From Deferribacterales bacterium (GTDB lineage Bacteria > Chrysiogenota > Deferribacteres > Deferribacterales > Geovibrionaceae): DNA of 39,428 bases. The position numbers and the translations under genes are program-made. The stretch covers positions 1-39,428 of the forward strand of contig JBFWJG010000019.1 of the NCBI GenBank assembly GCA_050253335.1, in the 5' to 3' direction. Positions 8,053 to 16,415 of this stretch are shown here, in pieces (position 1 is the stretch's first letter; every line of letters begins with the position of its first letter). The notes beneath the pieces were generated by a model. That model did no database searches, was not told the DNA's origin, and saw only the letters and a list, made by a program, of their open reading frames with translations.

Positions 8053-10209
8053 ATGGGGAGTATCTTCAAAAACCCCATACTATTCATGGAGTTTTCTGAA
8101 AATTTTGTTAAAGCGCGTCCCGCTTCCGGCATCCCCGTGAAGCCCAGAATGTCGGGACATCCGCCCCTCAGCAGGGGGACAATTGTCCGCATGATGGAGG
8201 AAGGATTCTGCTTTTACAGAAATTTCGAATACAACAAAGGGCTTCCGGTCGTGGAAAAATTTATGCTGAGGGAGAACTCGCTGGCAAAGTCCCTCCGCTA
8301 CAGTTTTATTGAAACAACAAAAATATCCCTTATCGGCTCTTCCGGACAGACAGGATTCCTTTTCTCCGTTGAGGACGATTCTGAGCTTTCCAGAATATGC
8401 AGCATACTCCGCTTCAGCAGAAGCAAATCCCTTGAAGCATCTCTCACGCATATTGAGAACATAGGCGGATTTTATCCGAACGAAAAGCTGGAGCTTTCCC
8501 GCGGCTTTGTCCGGAGTGCGGTGTTTGACAAATCATCCGGCAGGCTGATACGCCTGCGCTGTTTCCCTTTCCATGACGCAAGGGAGAAAGTTGCCTGTTT
8601 TCTCAATGATCTCGGCGCATCATCAGTGAAGGTGCATCCATTTTCCGCAAGCTCGGTTTTCATCGAGGCTTATCTCACGGACTACAAGCCGAAAATCACC
8701 GCACTCCTTAACCACAGCTACATAAGCGAGATCTCAGAACCTGAAGCGATAGGGATAACCGAGCATTATCTCCGCAGGGAGGATCTTTTCGAGGACTGTG
8801 TGACAGAGAAAACAGCAGGGCAGACCTACCCTGCCGTAGGGATAATAGATTCCGGCGTGGCGGAGAACTCTTTTCTGAGGAAATGGGAGGCGGGACGTGA
8901 GCTTTTTGTTGAGCCGGAGCACATGGACACCGCTCACGGAACCTTCGTGACGGGACGGGCTCTTGTCTGCGGAGAGAGTTTCGGCGGAACGGAGTTTCTT
9001 GATGTGGCGGTTATGCCCGGGCGGAACGGAACGCCCCCTGATCTGGCAAGGCTCGCGGAAATACTCCGCGATGTGGTTCCCAGATACAGCAACAGAATCA
9101 AGATATGGAACCTCTCGCTGGGCACGGACATGACAGCGGGAGAGAATATAAGCCTGTTCGCGTATATACTGGACAGCATTCAGCGGGAGCAGGATGTTCT
9201 GTTTGTTCTGCCTTCGGGAAACTACACGCCTTTGCGCACATGGGGCACGGAAGAGCTCAGGGATGATGACCTAATAACAATTCCCGCAGAAAGCCTGTTC
9301 GCCCTCACAGTGGGCTCAGTCAGCCACATTGAAACAAATCTCACGCCCATCCACTCCCCCTCTCTCTTCTCAAGGCGGGGCAGAGGAGTCTTCTCGTCAG
9401 TGAAGCCGGAGCTGGTATATTACGGCGGAACCCATGAACAGCGTTTCGGCCAGCAGATCCCCAGAGGGGTTTTCTCCATAGGCAAGTTCAATGAAATAGC
9501 CGAAGATACAGGAACAAGCCACGCCGCCCCCGCAGTAGCCTCCGCCGCGGCGAAGCTGCACTCTCTTCTGGGGAAAGCCGCCACGGTGGACGCCGTGAAA
9601 GCCCTCATGATCCACAAAGCATCGGGCGGAAGCCCCGAAGGAACATATACGGGCTGGGGACTGCCGGAGCAGCCGGAAAATATAATGAGAACAGACGGCA
9701 GCACCGTAACTTTGCTCCATACAGGTATCTACAGCAAAGGAAACTATATAGAAACAGGAGCAGTGCCTGTTCCTCCGGAAATGCTGAAAGACGGAAAGCT
9801 AACCGGCGCAGTGAGGATAACTCTTTCCTGCCGACCGCCTGTCAGCACAGGTTATCCGGGCTACTATACCTGCGCCAGCCTGAAGGCTTCTCTGGGCTAT
9901 TACAAAAACGGTAAGTGGAACAGCCTTGTCACAGAGCGCAATCTCAGGTTTCTCCCTGACACCCCTGCGGAAAAAAACGGTTTTCTGTGGCTCCCGATGA
10001 AGGATTACTGCGCCGAATTCAGCACAGCCTTCAGTGCGGACAGTTTTTACATAAGGATAACAGCGTCAAAGAGAGACTTCTGGAAGGAGCCGCTGAACGT
10101 GCCTTACGCGGCGGTAATCTCATTCATAAGCACAAGCGGGGGGAATTTTACAAGTTTTAAAAAAATTATGGAGGAGAGAGGTACTGATTTCTGTTTTTTG
10201 GAGCTATAA
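8053..10209 (+). CDS. S8 family serine peptidase, IetS/IteS (Y4bN)-like
   Basis: Catalytic D (VGIIDSG), H (HGTFV), oxyanion N (PSGN), S (GTSHAAP); IWNLSLG, PAES..ALTVGS, FSRRG, KPELVYYGG; long N-terminal region, no signal peptide. Confidence 0.9.
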   Translation: MGSIFKNPILFMEFSENFVKARPASGIPVKPRMSGHPPLSRGTIVRMMEEGFCFYRNFEYNKGLPVVEKFMLRENSLAKSLRYSFIETTKISLIGSSGQTGFLFSVEDDSELSRICSILRFSRSKSLEASLTHIENIGGFYPNEKLELSRGFVRSAVFDKSSGRLIRLRCFPFHDAREKVACFLNDLGASSVKVHPFSASSVFIEAYLTDYKPKITALLNHSYISEISEPEAIGITEHYLRREDLFEDCVTEKTAGQTYPAVGIIDSGVAENSFLRKWEAGRELFVEPEHMDTAHGTFVTGRALVCGESFGGTEFLDVAVMPGRNGTPPDLARLAEILRDVVPRYSNRIKIWNLSLGTDMTAGENISLFAYILDSIQREQDVLFVLPSGNYTPLRTWGTEELRDDDLITIPAESLFALTVGSVSHIETNLTPIHSPSLFSRRGRGVFSSVKPELVYYGGTHEQRFGQQIPRGVFSIGKFNEIAEDTGTSHAAPAVASAAAKLHSLLGKAATVDAVKALMIHKASGGSPEGTYTGWGLPEQPENIMRTDGSTVTLLHTGIYSKGNYIETGAVPVPPEMLKDGKLTGAVRITLSCRPPVSTGYPGYYTCASLKASLGYYKNGKWNSLVTERNLRFLPDTPAEKNGFLWLPMKDYCAEFSTAFSADSFYIRITASKRDFWKEPLNVPYAAVISFISTSGGNFTSFKKIMEERGTDFCFLEL

Positions 10210-10308
10210 TAGATTATAAAGTCAAAAGCGCAGGGTATTTATTTCAATGGCATTGATATATTCCCTTTTCCGTATTACTATTGTGAAAGATATCATCAGG
10301 AGTGATTG

Positions 10309-10668
10309 ATGACCAAAGATTTATCAAAGCTGAGCATACTTTATGTCGAGGATGAGTCCGTTACGAGAATGGCGGTTACCCGCGTCCTTCAGAAGCGTGT
10401 CGGCAGCATCTACCCCGCAAAAGACGGCAAAGAAGGACTGGCCATGTTTCTGGAACACAGACCCGACATGGTGCTTACGGATCTTCAGATGCCTGTTATG
10501 GACGGCTGGGAGATGATATCGGAAATACGCAAAGTTGCTCCCTCTGTCCCCATTATAGTTATATCCGCCTATGAGTATGACAACAGTGACCACTCAGTGA
10601 CCGATTCCATAGTTAAGCCGGTTATCAAAGACACTCTTTTTGAAAAAATCGAATACTGTTCAAAATAA
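10309..10668 (+). CDS. single-domain response regulator (receiver only)
   Basis: ILYVEDE, PDMVLTDLQMPVMDG, IVISA, KP; AGGAG 6 nt before ATG 10309. Confidence 0.93.
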   Translation: MTKDLSKLSILYVEDESVTRMAVTRVLQKRVGSIYPAKDGKEGLAMFLEHRPDMVLTDLQMPVMDGWEMISEIRKVAPSVPIIVISAYEYDNSDHSVTDSIVKPVIKDTLFEKIEYCSK

Positions 10669-10693
10669 AAAAAGAGGGGCTTCTGCAAGCCCC
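10667..10693 (-). terminator. intrinsic terminator of fumC (between convergent genes)
   Basis: GGGGCTT-4nt-AAGCCCC hairpin followed by a T-run on the minus strand. Confidence 0.75.
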
Positions 10694-10704
10694 CCTGCCC
10701 TTGT

Positions 10705-12096
10705 TTATTCTTTAGGAGTGACCATCTCCTCGGGTATGACATACTTATCAAATTCCTCCGCGGTGAGAAGACCGAGCCTGACCGCTGTCTCTTTCAGGGT
10801 TGAGTTCTCCTTATACGCCGTTTTTGCTATCTTGGCGGCGTTTTCATATCCTATGTAAGGGTTGAGGGCAGTGACAAGCATCAGCGAATTTTTCAGATAA
10901 CCGTCTATAACATCCCTGTTTGCCTCAATTCCTGAAGCACAATGCTCATTGAAGGAATCCATGCTGTCCGCAAGGAGCCTCACAGACTGCAGATAGTTAT
11001 AAATTATCACAGGCTTGAACACATTAAGCTCAAAATTGCCCTGACTGGCGCCGAAAGCTATGGCCGCGTCATTGCCGAAAACCTGGCAGGCAACCATAGT
11101 CACCGCTTCCGACTGGGTCGGATTCACCTTGCCGGGCATTATTGAGCTTCCCGGCTCGTTTTCAGGTATGGTCAGTTCTCCGATTCCGCATCTTGGACCG
11201 GAGGCAAGCCAGCGGATGTCATTTGCTATCTTCATGAGGTTCGCGGCCAGGGACTTTGCCGCCCCGCTGGCATAAACAAGGGCATCGTGGGATGTGAGCG
11301 CCTGAAACTTGTTCGGCGCGGAGACAAACCGCCTTCCGGTGAATGAGCTTATCTCTTCTGATGCCATAACGCCGAGTTTAGGGTGCGCGTTGATCCCTGT
11401 GCCCACCGCTGTTCCGCCTATCGCAAGCTCACGGACATATTCCAGCGAACGCTCAATCTGCGTGTAGTTTGTTTCAAGCATCGCCACATATCCGCTGAAC
11501 TCCTGCCCGAGGGTTAGGGGCGTTGCGTCCTGAAGGTGGGTACGGCCGATTTTCACAATCCCCGCGAACTCGTCCCTCTTCTTCGCCAGAGTCTCTGTCA
11601 GACGTCTGAGAGCGGGCAGAAGTAGATCCTCAACCTCAGCAACCGCCGCAATATGCATAGCCGTGGGGAAGGTGTCATTGGAACTCTGGGACATATTCAC
11701 ATGATCGTTGGGATGGATCAGCCTCCTCGTGCGGAAATCACCGCCGAGGATCTCCGTTGCCCTGCTGGCTATGACTTCGTTAAGGTTCATGTTGGTCTGG
11801 GTTCCGCTGCCTGTCTGCCACACGGCAAGGGGGAACTGGTCAGCGAGCTTTCCTTCCAGTATCTCATCGCAGGCTTTTACAATCGCCGTTGTTTTTTCAT
11901 CATCAAGCTTGCCCAGCCTGCTATTCACCACGGCAAGGGATCTTTTCAGAACCGCGAAGGCCTTGATAAGCTCCGCCGGCATTTTTTCAGTGCCTATGCG
12001 GAAGTTCTGAAGGCTTCGCTGGGTCTGCGCCGCCCAGTAATTGTCATTGGCGACCTGAATTTCGCCCATTGTATCTTTTTCAATCCTGAAGCTCAT
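10705..12096 (-). CDS. fumC: class II fumarate hydratase
   Basis: [52 protein letters not shown] 12096 after GGAGG. Confidence 0.97.
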   Translation of the reverse strand: MSFRIEKDTMGEIQVANDNYWAAQTQRSLQNFRIGTEKMPAELIKAFAVLKRSLAVVNSRLGKLDDEKTTAIVKACDEILEGKLADQFPLAVWQTGSGTQTNMNLNEVIASRATEILGGDFRTRRLIHPNDHVNMSQSSNDTFPTAMHIAAVAEVEDLLLPALRRLTETLAKKRDEFAGIVKIGRTHLQDATPLTLGQEFSGYVAMLETNYTQIERSLEYVRELAIGGTAVGTGINAHPKLGVMASEEISSFTGRRFVSAPNKFQALTSHDALVYASGAAKSLAANLMKIANDIRWLASGPRCGIGELTIPENEPGSSIMPGKVNPTQSEAVTMVACQVFGNDAAIAFGASQGNFELNVFKPVIIYNYLQSVRLLADSMDSFNEHCASGIEANRDVIDGYLKNSLMLVTALNPYIGYENAAKIAKTAYKENSTLKETAVRLGLLTAEEFDKYVIPEEMVTPKE

Positions 12097-12375
12097 TGTT
12101 TTCCTCCGATGTTTTATTATAAAAAATCTGATACCTGCTTTAGCATAAAACAAGACTTATTTCCCATAAACGGATTCTATCATGCTTAGTCATTCCTAAC
12201 ATCAGAAAATTCCTGTAATTAAAGGGGTGTACGCACATTATGAGCATTATGTTTATAATATAAATTAATACCTGATTAAAGCGGTTCTTGAAATATAACA
12301 TTTTTTGGGTTACATATGAGTATAAGCGCAAAATAACGCTATTAATTTTTTCAATAGCTAAATAATGAGGTGGCT

Positions 12376-13242
12376 ATGGAACTTAAAAACGCTATGCTGG
12401 AACTGCTTCGCAGAGCATCCACTGACCTTGCACCGGATGTGGAGAAAGCGATCAGACAGGCCTACAAAAATGAGGACGAGGGAACATCCGCGAAAAACGT
12501 TTTCGGCACTATTGTCGAAAACATCGAACTGGCGAGGGAAGCCTCCACGCCCCTCTGTCAGGACACGGGTTCGATAATCTGTTATGTTGACTTTCCCGTC
12601 GGCGAAAGCGAAAAGAAATACCGCGAAGCTCTGGAGTGGGCAGCAATTGAGGCCACCAAGCTTCAGTATCTCCGCCCCAACGCGGTTGACCCCATCACAG
12701 GCAAAAACACAGGCAATAACATCGGCATAAACGCCCCCTACATGCACTTTCACCAGTGGGACAAACCCGAAGTCAGAGTGAGAGTTATGCTTAAAGGCGG
12801 CGGTTCCGAAAACGTCGGCGCCCAGTACAGGCTGCCCGATGCCGCGCTTAAAGCAGGCCGCGACCTTAAAGGCGTGCGCAAAGTAATCATAGACGCCGTG
12901 CACAAAGCACAGGGCTACGGCTGTGCGCCCGGGATAATCGGCGTCGGAATCGGCGGAGACAGGGTGACAAGCTACGCCCTCTCCAAAGAGCAGTTCTTCC
13001 GCACTCTCGGCGAAAAGAGCGACAATCCCGAACTCGCCAAGCTTGAGGAAAGCCTCCTTGAAGACCTGAACAAGCTGAAAATCGGACCCATGGGCTTCGG
13101 CGGAAAAACAACGGTTCTCGGAGTGAACATAGGCCTTCAGCACAGACACCCCGCCACCTACTACGTTGCAATATCATACACCTGCTGGGCTTACCGCAGG
13201 AAAACCATGATTATCAAAGGAAGCGAGGTGAGCTATGATTAA
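12376..13242 (+). CDS. Fe-S class I fumarate hydratase (fumarate/tartrate hydro-lyase family), alpha subunit
   Basis: PLCQDTG, KGGGSEN, GCAP, GPMGFGG, RHPA, CWA; start at ATG 12376 (GTG 12370 is an alternative). Confidence 0.92.
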   Translation: MELKNAMLELLRRASTDLAPDVEKAIRQAYKNEDEGTSAKNVFGTIVENIELAREASTPLCQDTGSIICYVDFPVGESEKKYREALEWAAIEATKLQYLRPNAVDPITGKNTGNNIGINAPYMHFHQWDKPEVRVRVMLKGGGSENVGAQYRLPDAALKAGRDLKGVRKVIIDAVHKAQGYGCAPGIIGVGIGGDRVTSYALSKEQFFRTLGEKSDNPELAKLEESLLEDLNKLKIGPMGFGGKTTVLGVNIGLQHRHPATYYVAISYTCWAYRRKTMIIKGSEVSYD

Positions 13243-13816
13243 GCTGAAAACTCCTATTTCTGAGGAAACCGCAAGAAGCCTCAAAGTCGGCGATGAGGTT
13301 CTTCTCACCGGAACAATAGTTACAGCAAGAGACGCCGCGCACAAGCTTATGGTTGAGGAAAGACCCGACTTCATCAGAGAGCACCTCTTCGGCTCCGTAA
13401 TATATCACTGCGGCCCTGTTGTGAAAAAAGATGAAAAAGGGAACTACTCCTTCGTTGCCGCAGGCCCCACAACATCTTCAAGAGAAGAACCCTATCAGGC
13501 TGATGTTATAGAGGAATATAAAGTCCGTGCCGTAATAGGCAAGGGCGGAATGGGCCCCAAAACAGCAGACGGGCTCAAGAAAACAGGCGCTGTCTACCTC
13601 CATGCAGTGGGCGGCGCAGGTTCGCTCATCGCAAAGAAAGTAACCAGCGTTGACACTGTTTACAAGCTTGAGGAATTCGGAACACCTGAGGCCTTCTGGG
13701 TTATTCAGGTTGAGGATTTCCCCTGCGTTGTAACCATGGATTCCCACGGCGGCAGCCTTCACAAGGACATTATGGAAATGTCCGGCAGCATAGCCAAAGA
13801 ACTCATGGAGAAATAG
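13235..13816 (+). CDS. Fe-S class I fumarate hydratase, beta subunit
   Basis: LKVGDEVLLTG, TARDAAH, YHCGP, GPTTSSR, IGKGG, MDSHG; overlaps the alpha-subunit stop. Confidence 0.92.
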   Translation: MIKLKTPISEETARSLKVGDEVLLTGTIVTARDAAHKLMVEERPDFIREHLFGSVIYHCGPVVKKDEKGNYSFVAAGPTTSSREEPYQADVIEEYKVRAVIGKGGMGPKTADGLKKTGAVYLHAVGGAGSLIAKKVTSVDTVYKLEEFGTPEAFWVIQVEDFPCVVTMDSHGGSLHKDIMEMSGSIAKELMEK

Positions 13817-13835
13817 GATAATTAAAAATGATCAC

Positions 13836-13874
13836 AAAGCCCTGTCCGGAAATTCCGGCCGGGGCTTTTTTTTT
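13836..13874 (+). terminator. intrinsic terminator of the class I fumarase operon
   Basis: AAAGCCCTGTCCGG-AAATT-CCGGCCGGGGC followed by T9. Confidence 0.85.
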
Positions 13875-13878
13875 ACGG

Positions 13879-13912
13879 AAAAAACGGACTCCCATCGAAG
13901 AGAGCCCGTTTT
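13879..13912 (-). terminator. intrinsic terminator of the 13959-14405 gene
   Basis: ACGGGCTCTC-TTCGAT-GGGAGTCCG followed by T6 on the minus strand. Confidence 0.7.
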
Positions 13913-13958
13913 AGGACTTTAGTCTGGTTATACCTATAACCGTATGATAACTGACGGC

Positions 13959-14405
13959 TTATGATGAAAAGTGCACCGTCACTATGGTTATGGGGATAAC
14001 CACCGCAATAACATAGGCAAAGTGAGCCGCGTAAATCGCAAGCCCTTTGCTGAAACCGATGGGGGCTCCTTTCTCCTCACGGCCGAAAGACCTGCCGTAG
14101 ATCCAGCCCCCTACCGGAATAAGCAGAAAGAAAGTGAGAAACATAACTCCTTTCACCGCATATTCCGAAATTTCCTCGCCTGCGGAATACTCCTTAAAGT
14201 AATGAGCCGCTGTTGCCCCAGCAACATAAACTCCGCCCGCAGTAAGGGTTATTTTTCTGAATGCCGTGTGCTTTTCAGGCTCAAAGCTGCAGAGCTTTCT
14301 GCATAACCTGCTGATGAGCACAACATTGCTGTAAAGATAAGCAGAAATAAAACCCATTACTACTACCATTAAAAGCATCCCGCCGATAGTCGTCAGCAAA
14401 CCCAA
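13959..14405 (-). CDS. hypothetical integral membrane protein (about 4 TM segments)
   Basis: TTG start after AGGAGGTG, four hydrophobic stretches, own promoter and terminator. Confidence 0.75.
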   Translation of the reverse strand: MGLLTTIGGMLLMVVVMGFISAYLYSNVVLISRLCRKLCSFEPEKHTAFRKITLTAGGVYVAGATAAHYFKEYSAGEEISEYAVKGVMFLTFFLLIPVGGWIYGRSFGREEKGAPIGFSKGLAIYAAHFAYVIAVVIPITIVTVHFSS

Positions 14406-14496
14406 ATTTCACCTCCTGACTGATAATGAACCGGGCTCCGCTGACTTACGGGTTTTCAAACAGTGTCCCGTAAGCGTGCAGACTTCCGGGTGAGTG

Positions 14497-14524
14497 ATTA
14501 TAGCAGGCGGAGGGCGGATGTCAA
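14497..14524 (-). promoter_or_regulatory. consensus sigma70 promoter
   Basis: TTGACA (14524-14519), 16 nt, TATAAT (14502-14497). Confidence 0.75.
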
Positions 14525-14594
14525 AAGAAACCGGATAACTGACTGACAGATATACCGAAGCACGGATTATGCCATATGAAGCGGTTTAATGAAT

Positions 14595-14630
14595 AAAAAA
14601 AACCCCCGCCTCGGCAGAGACGGGGGGTTT
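14595..14630 (-). terminator. intrinsic terminator after the tRNA/lipoprotein unit
   Basis: CCCCCGTCTC-TGCC-GAGGCGGGGG followed by T8 on the minus strand. Confidence 0.8.
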
Positions 14631-14682
14631 CCATATATAAAAGGGGTTAGCAACCCCTCTGGGTTAACAAATGAATGTTAAC

Positions 14683-15216
14683 TTACTTTACTACGGATTT
14701 GATAAGCGACAGCACATAATCGGGATGTGCGAATGAACCATGCATATCGGGGAAATTTTTGTAAAGCATGCCGTCGAAAATTTCCTGCTCGCCTTCGAAA
14801 ACCTTAATTTTAACAGCGGGGTTGTTCTCTTCGCCCGATCTTGTTGTGTAAGTGCCGTCTCCGTCTATGACGAATTCAGGCAGATAATGCTCAACAAGAA
14901 TGGTGAAGGGAGTTCCCTGTATCTCGGATTTCTGGCCGATGAGGACTTCAGTCTGCACATCAATACCTTCTTTCTCGTTCTTTACGCCGATGATAACGCT
15001 TTTGAACTTATCAGAAATTTCCTTGGGGATAGATACTTTCTTCTCTTTGGAAACTTTGATTCCGTGAGCGTCGCCGCCGGTCATGTCTGCGCTGCCGTTT
15101 TCAGACTGCTGTTCCTGCGCCATGGGGGCGCCGGTTTCTTTCTTCTCATCAACAACACCCTGAGAGCAAGCGAAGATGACAAAAGAAACGAGTACCAGGT
15201 AGAGTGCTTTTAACAT
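14683..15216 (-). CDS. lipoprotein, probably DUF2155-like
   Basis: Lipobox IFAC; YLPEF..D...TTRS.EENNPAVKIKV..GMLYKNFPDMH.F.HPDY pattern recalled for DUF2155-type proteins. Confidence 0.75.
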   Translation of the reverse strand: MLKALYLVLVSFVIFACSQGVVDEKKETGAPMAQEQQSENGSADMTGGDAHGIKVSKEKKVSIPKEISDKFKSVIIGVKNEKEGIDVQTEVLIGQKSEIQGTPFTILVEHYLPEFVIDGDGTYTTRSGEENNPAVKIKVFEGEQEIFDGMLYKNFPDMHGSFAHPDYVLSLIKSVVK

Positions 15217-15245
15217 AGTTTTTCCCTCTTATGCTAATTCAAGAA

Positions 15246-15491
15246 TTAGTTAGCAGAAGCATTGTCAGCTGCGGGTGTGGCGTTGTCAGCCATACCAGCT
15301 TCAGCTGAAGCGTTGTCTTCTGCCATAGCAGGTTCCTCAGCGGTAAGGTTGTCAACTGCAGTGTAGTTATCTGCAACCTGTTCCTGAGTTACTGCGGGAG
15401 CTGCCGGCTCCTCAGTTTTTGTTTCTTCGGCTTTCTGTGAGCAAGCGAAGATAACAGCCGAAATGAGTAGTACATAGACTGCTTTCAACAT
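15246..15491 (-). CDS. small acidic, low-complexity lipoprotein with DN-x-S/T repeats
   Basis: AAGGAG SD, lipobox IFAC, Ala/Glu/Pro-rich body with five DNx(S/T) units. Confidence 0.8.
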   Translation of the reverse strand: MLKAVYVLLISAVIFACSQKAEETKTEEPAAPAVTQEQVADNYTAVDNLTAEEPAMAEDNASAEAGMADNATPAADNASAN

Positions 15492-15517
15492 AGTTTCTCT
15501 CTCCTTTATAAAAGTAA

Positions 15518-15610
15518 CGGAGGGGGAGGGATTTGAACCCTCGGTACGGTATAAACACCGTACACTCGCTTAGCAGGCGAGCGCCTTCGACCTAACTCGG
15601 CCACCACTCC
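15518..15610 (-). tRNA. tRNA-Ser(GCT)
   Basis: GGAGTGG 5' end, anticodon arm CTCGC-CTGCTAA-GCGAG, long variable arm, GAGGG-TTCAAAT-CCCTC T arm, G discriminator, CCA not encoded. Confidence 0.95.
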
Positions 15611-15627
15611 TTTCCTTCCTTACAAAA

Positions 15628-15716
15628 CGGAGGAGGTAGGATTCGAACCCACGGATGGCTCACACCATCAACGGTTTTCAAGACCGCCTCCTTAAGCCAG
15701 ACTCGGACACTCCTCC
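15628..15716 (-). tRNA. tRNA-Ser(TGA)
   Basis: GGAGGAG/CCTCCTCC ends, anticodon arm GCGGT-CTTGAAA-ACCGT, long variable arm, GGTTCGAATCC, CCA not encoded. Confidence 0.95.
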
Positions 15717-15727
15717 AAGGAACAAAC

Positions 15728-15756
15728 CTTATAAAACAACTTCCCTTATTTTGCAA
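15728..15756 (-). promoter_or_regulatory. putative tRNA promoter embedded in the 3' end of the pseudouridine synthase gene
   Basis: TTGCAA (15756-15751), 17 nt, TATAAG (15733-15728), 11 nt before tRNA-Ser(TGA). Confidence 0.5.
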
Positions 15757-16415
15757 GCGGTATCTTTATTGATCCCGAACTTTTTTAAGGAATCTGTCAT
15801 GTAAGGACTCAGTTCGGCATCTAGGATAACACGGGCGCCGCCCATGTCAATAAAATTCATATATTTAGCAAAAAGAGTCAGTCTTCTGTCTTCGGATTTC
15901 TCTCCGTAAAGCCAGTCGGATACGAGCGGATGCCCGTGCGCCCTGAGGTGCACCCTTATCTGGTGGGTTCTGCCTGTGTGCAGGCGGGCAGCGGCAAGAG
16001 ATGCTCCCGCGCCCTGCTCCAGAGGGAAAAAGGATGTTCTGGCGCTTCGGCCGCTTTTGAAGTTGATGCGGTATCTGCCCTTCTGGTTTTTTGCGGCTAT
16101 GGGGAGCATAATGGAAACTGGGGCGGTAAAACTGCCTTTGACAAGCGCGGCATAAACCTTGCTGACCCTGCCCTCTTCCATCTGGATATTAAAATAGCGG
16201 TGGGCGGCGGCGTTTTTGGCAAGGAGAAGCACACCCCCTGTGCCGGAATCCAGCCTGTGAACAATATAGAGCCTGCCGAAGCGCGGGGCGAGGATATCGG
16301 TCACAGTGGGGATGGAGCTGTCGTATCTGTCGGGGAGAACATGAAGCCCGTGGGGCTTGCGCACAGCCACCCAGTTTTCGGTTTCCGCCAGTATATCCTC
16401 GGAAAAATTCAGCAT
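15729..16415 (-). CDS. RluA-family RNA pseudouridine synthase (no S4 domain)
   Basis: KPHGL, VHRLDSGTGG.LLLAK, KVYAALV, TGRTHQIRVH, GHP...D.LYG. Confidence 0.93.
   Translation of the reverse strand: MLNFSEDILAETENWVAVRKPHGLHVLPDRYDSSIPTVTDILAPRFGRLYIVHRLDSGTGGVLLLAKNAAAHRYFNIQMEEGRVSKVYAALVKGSFTAPVSIMLPIAAKNQKGRYRINFKSGRSARTSFFPLEQGAGASLAAARLHTGRTHQIRVHLRAHGHPLVSDWLYGEKSEDRRLTLFAKYMNFIDMGGARVILDAELSPYMTDSLKKFGINKDTACKIREVVL

Noticed and set aside
7006..10300. Prophage or ICE call for the Xis/XRE/S8 module
   Set aside because: No integrase, structural or conjugation genes, no adjacent tRNA, and no convincing att-like direct repeat (only a short AT-rich ATTATAAA on both sides)
12097..12375. 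Fur, FNR or TGTATAC boxes in the fumarase spacer; 63-aa ORF 12140-12331
   Set aside because: Only weak AT-rich partial matches; the ORF has no SD or recognisable features
12358..13149. 263-aa antisense ORF
   Set aside because: Shadow of the class I fumarase alpha gene
15628..15716. Selenocysteine or suppressor tRNA
   Set aside because: The anticodon is TGA (reads UCA, Ser), not TCA, and the acceptor stem is standard length
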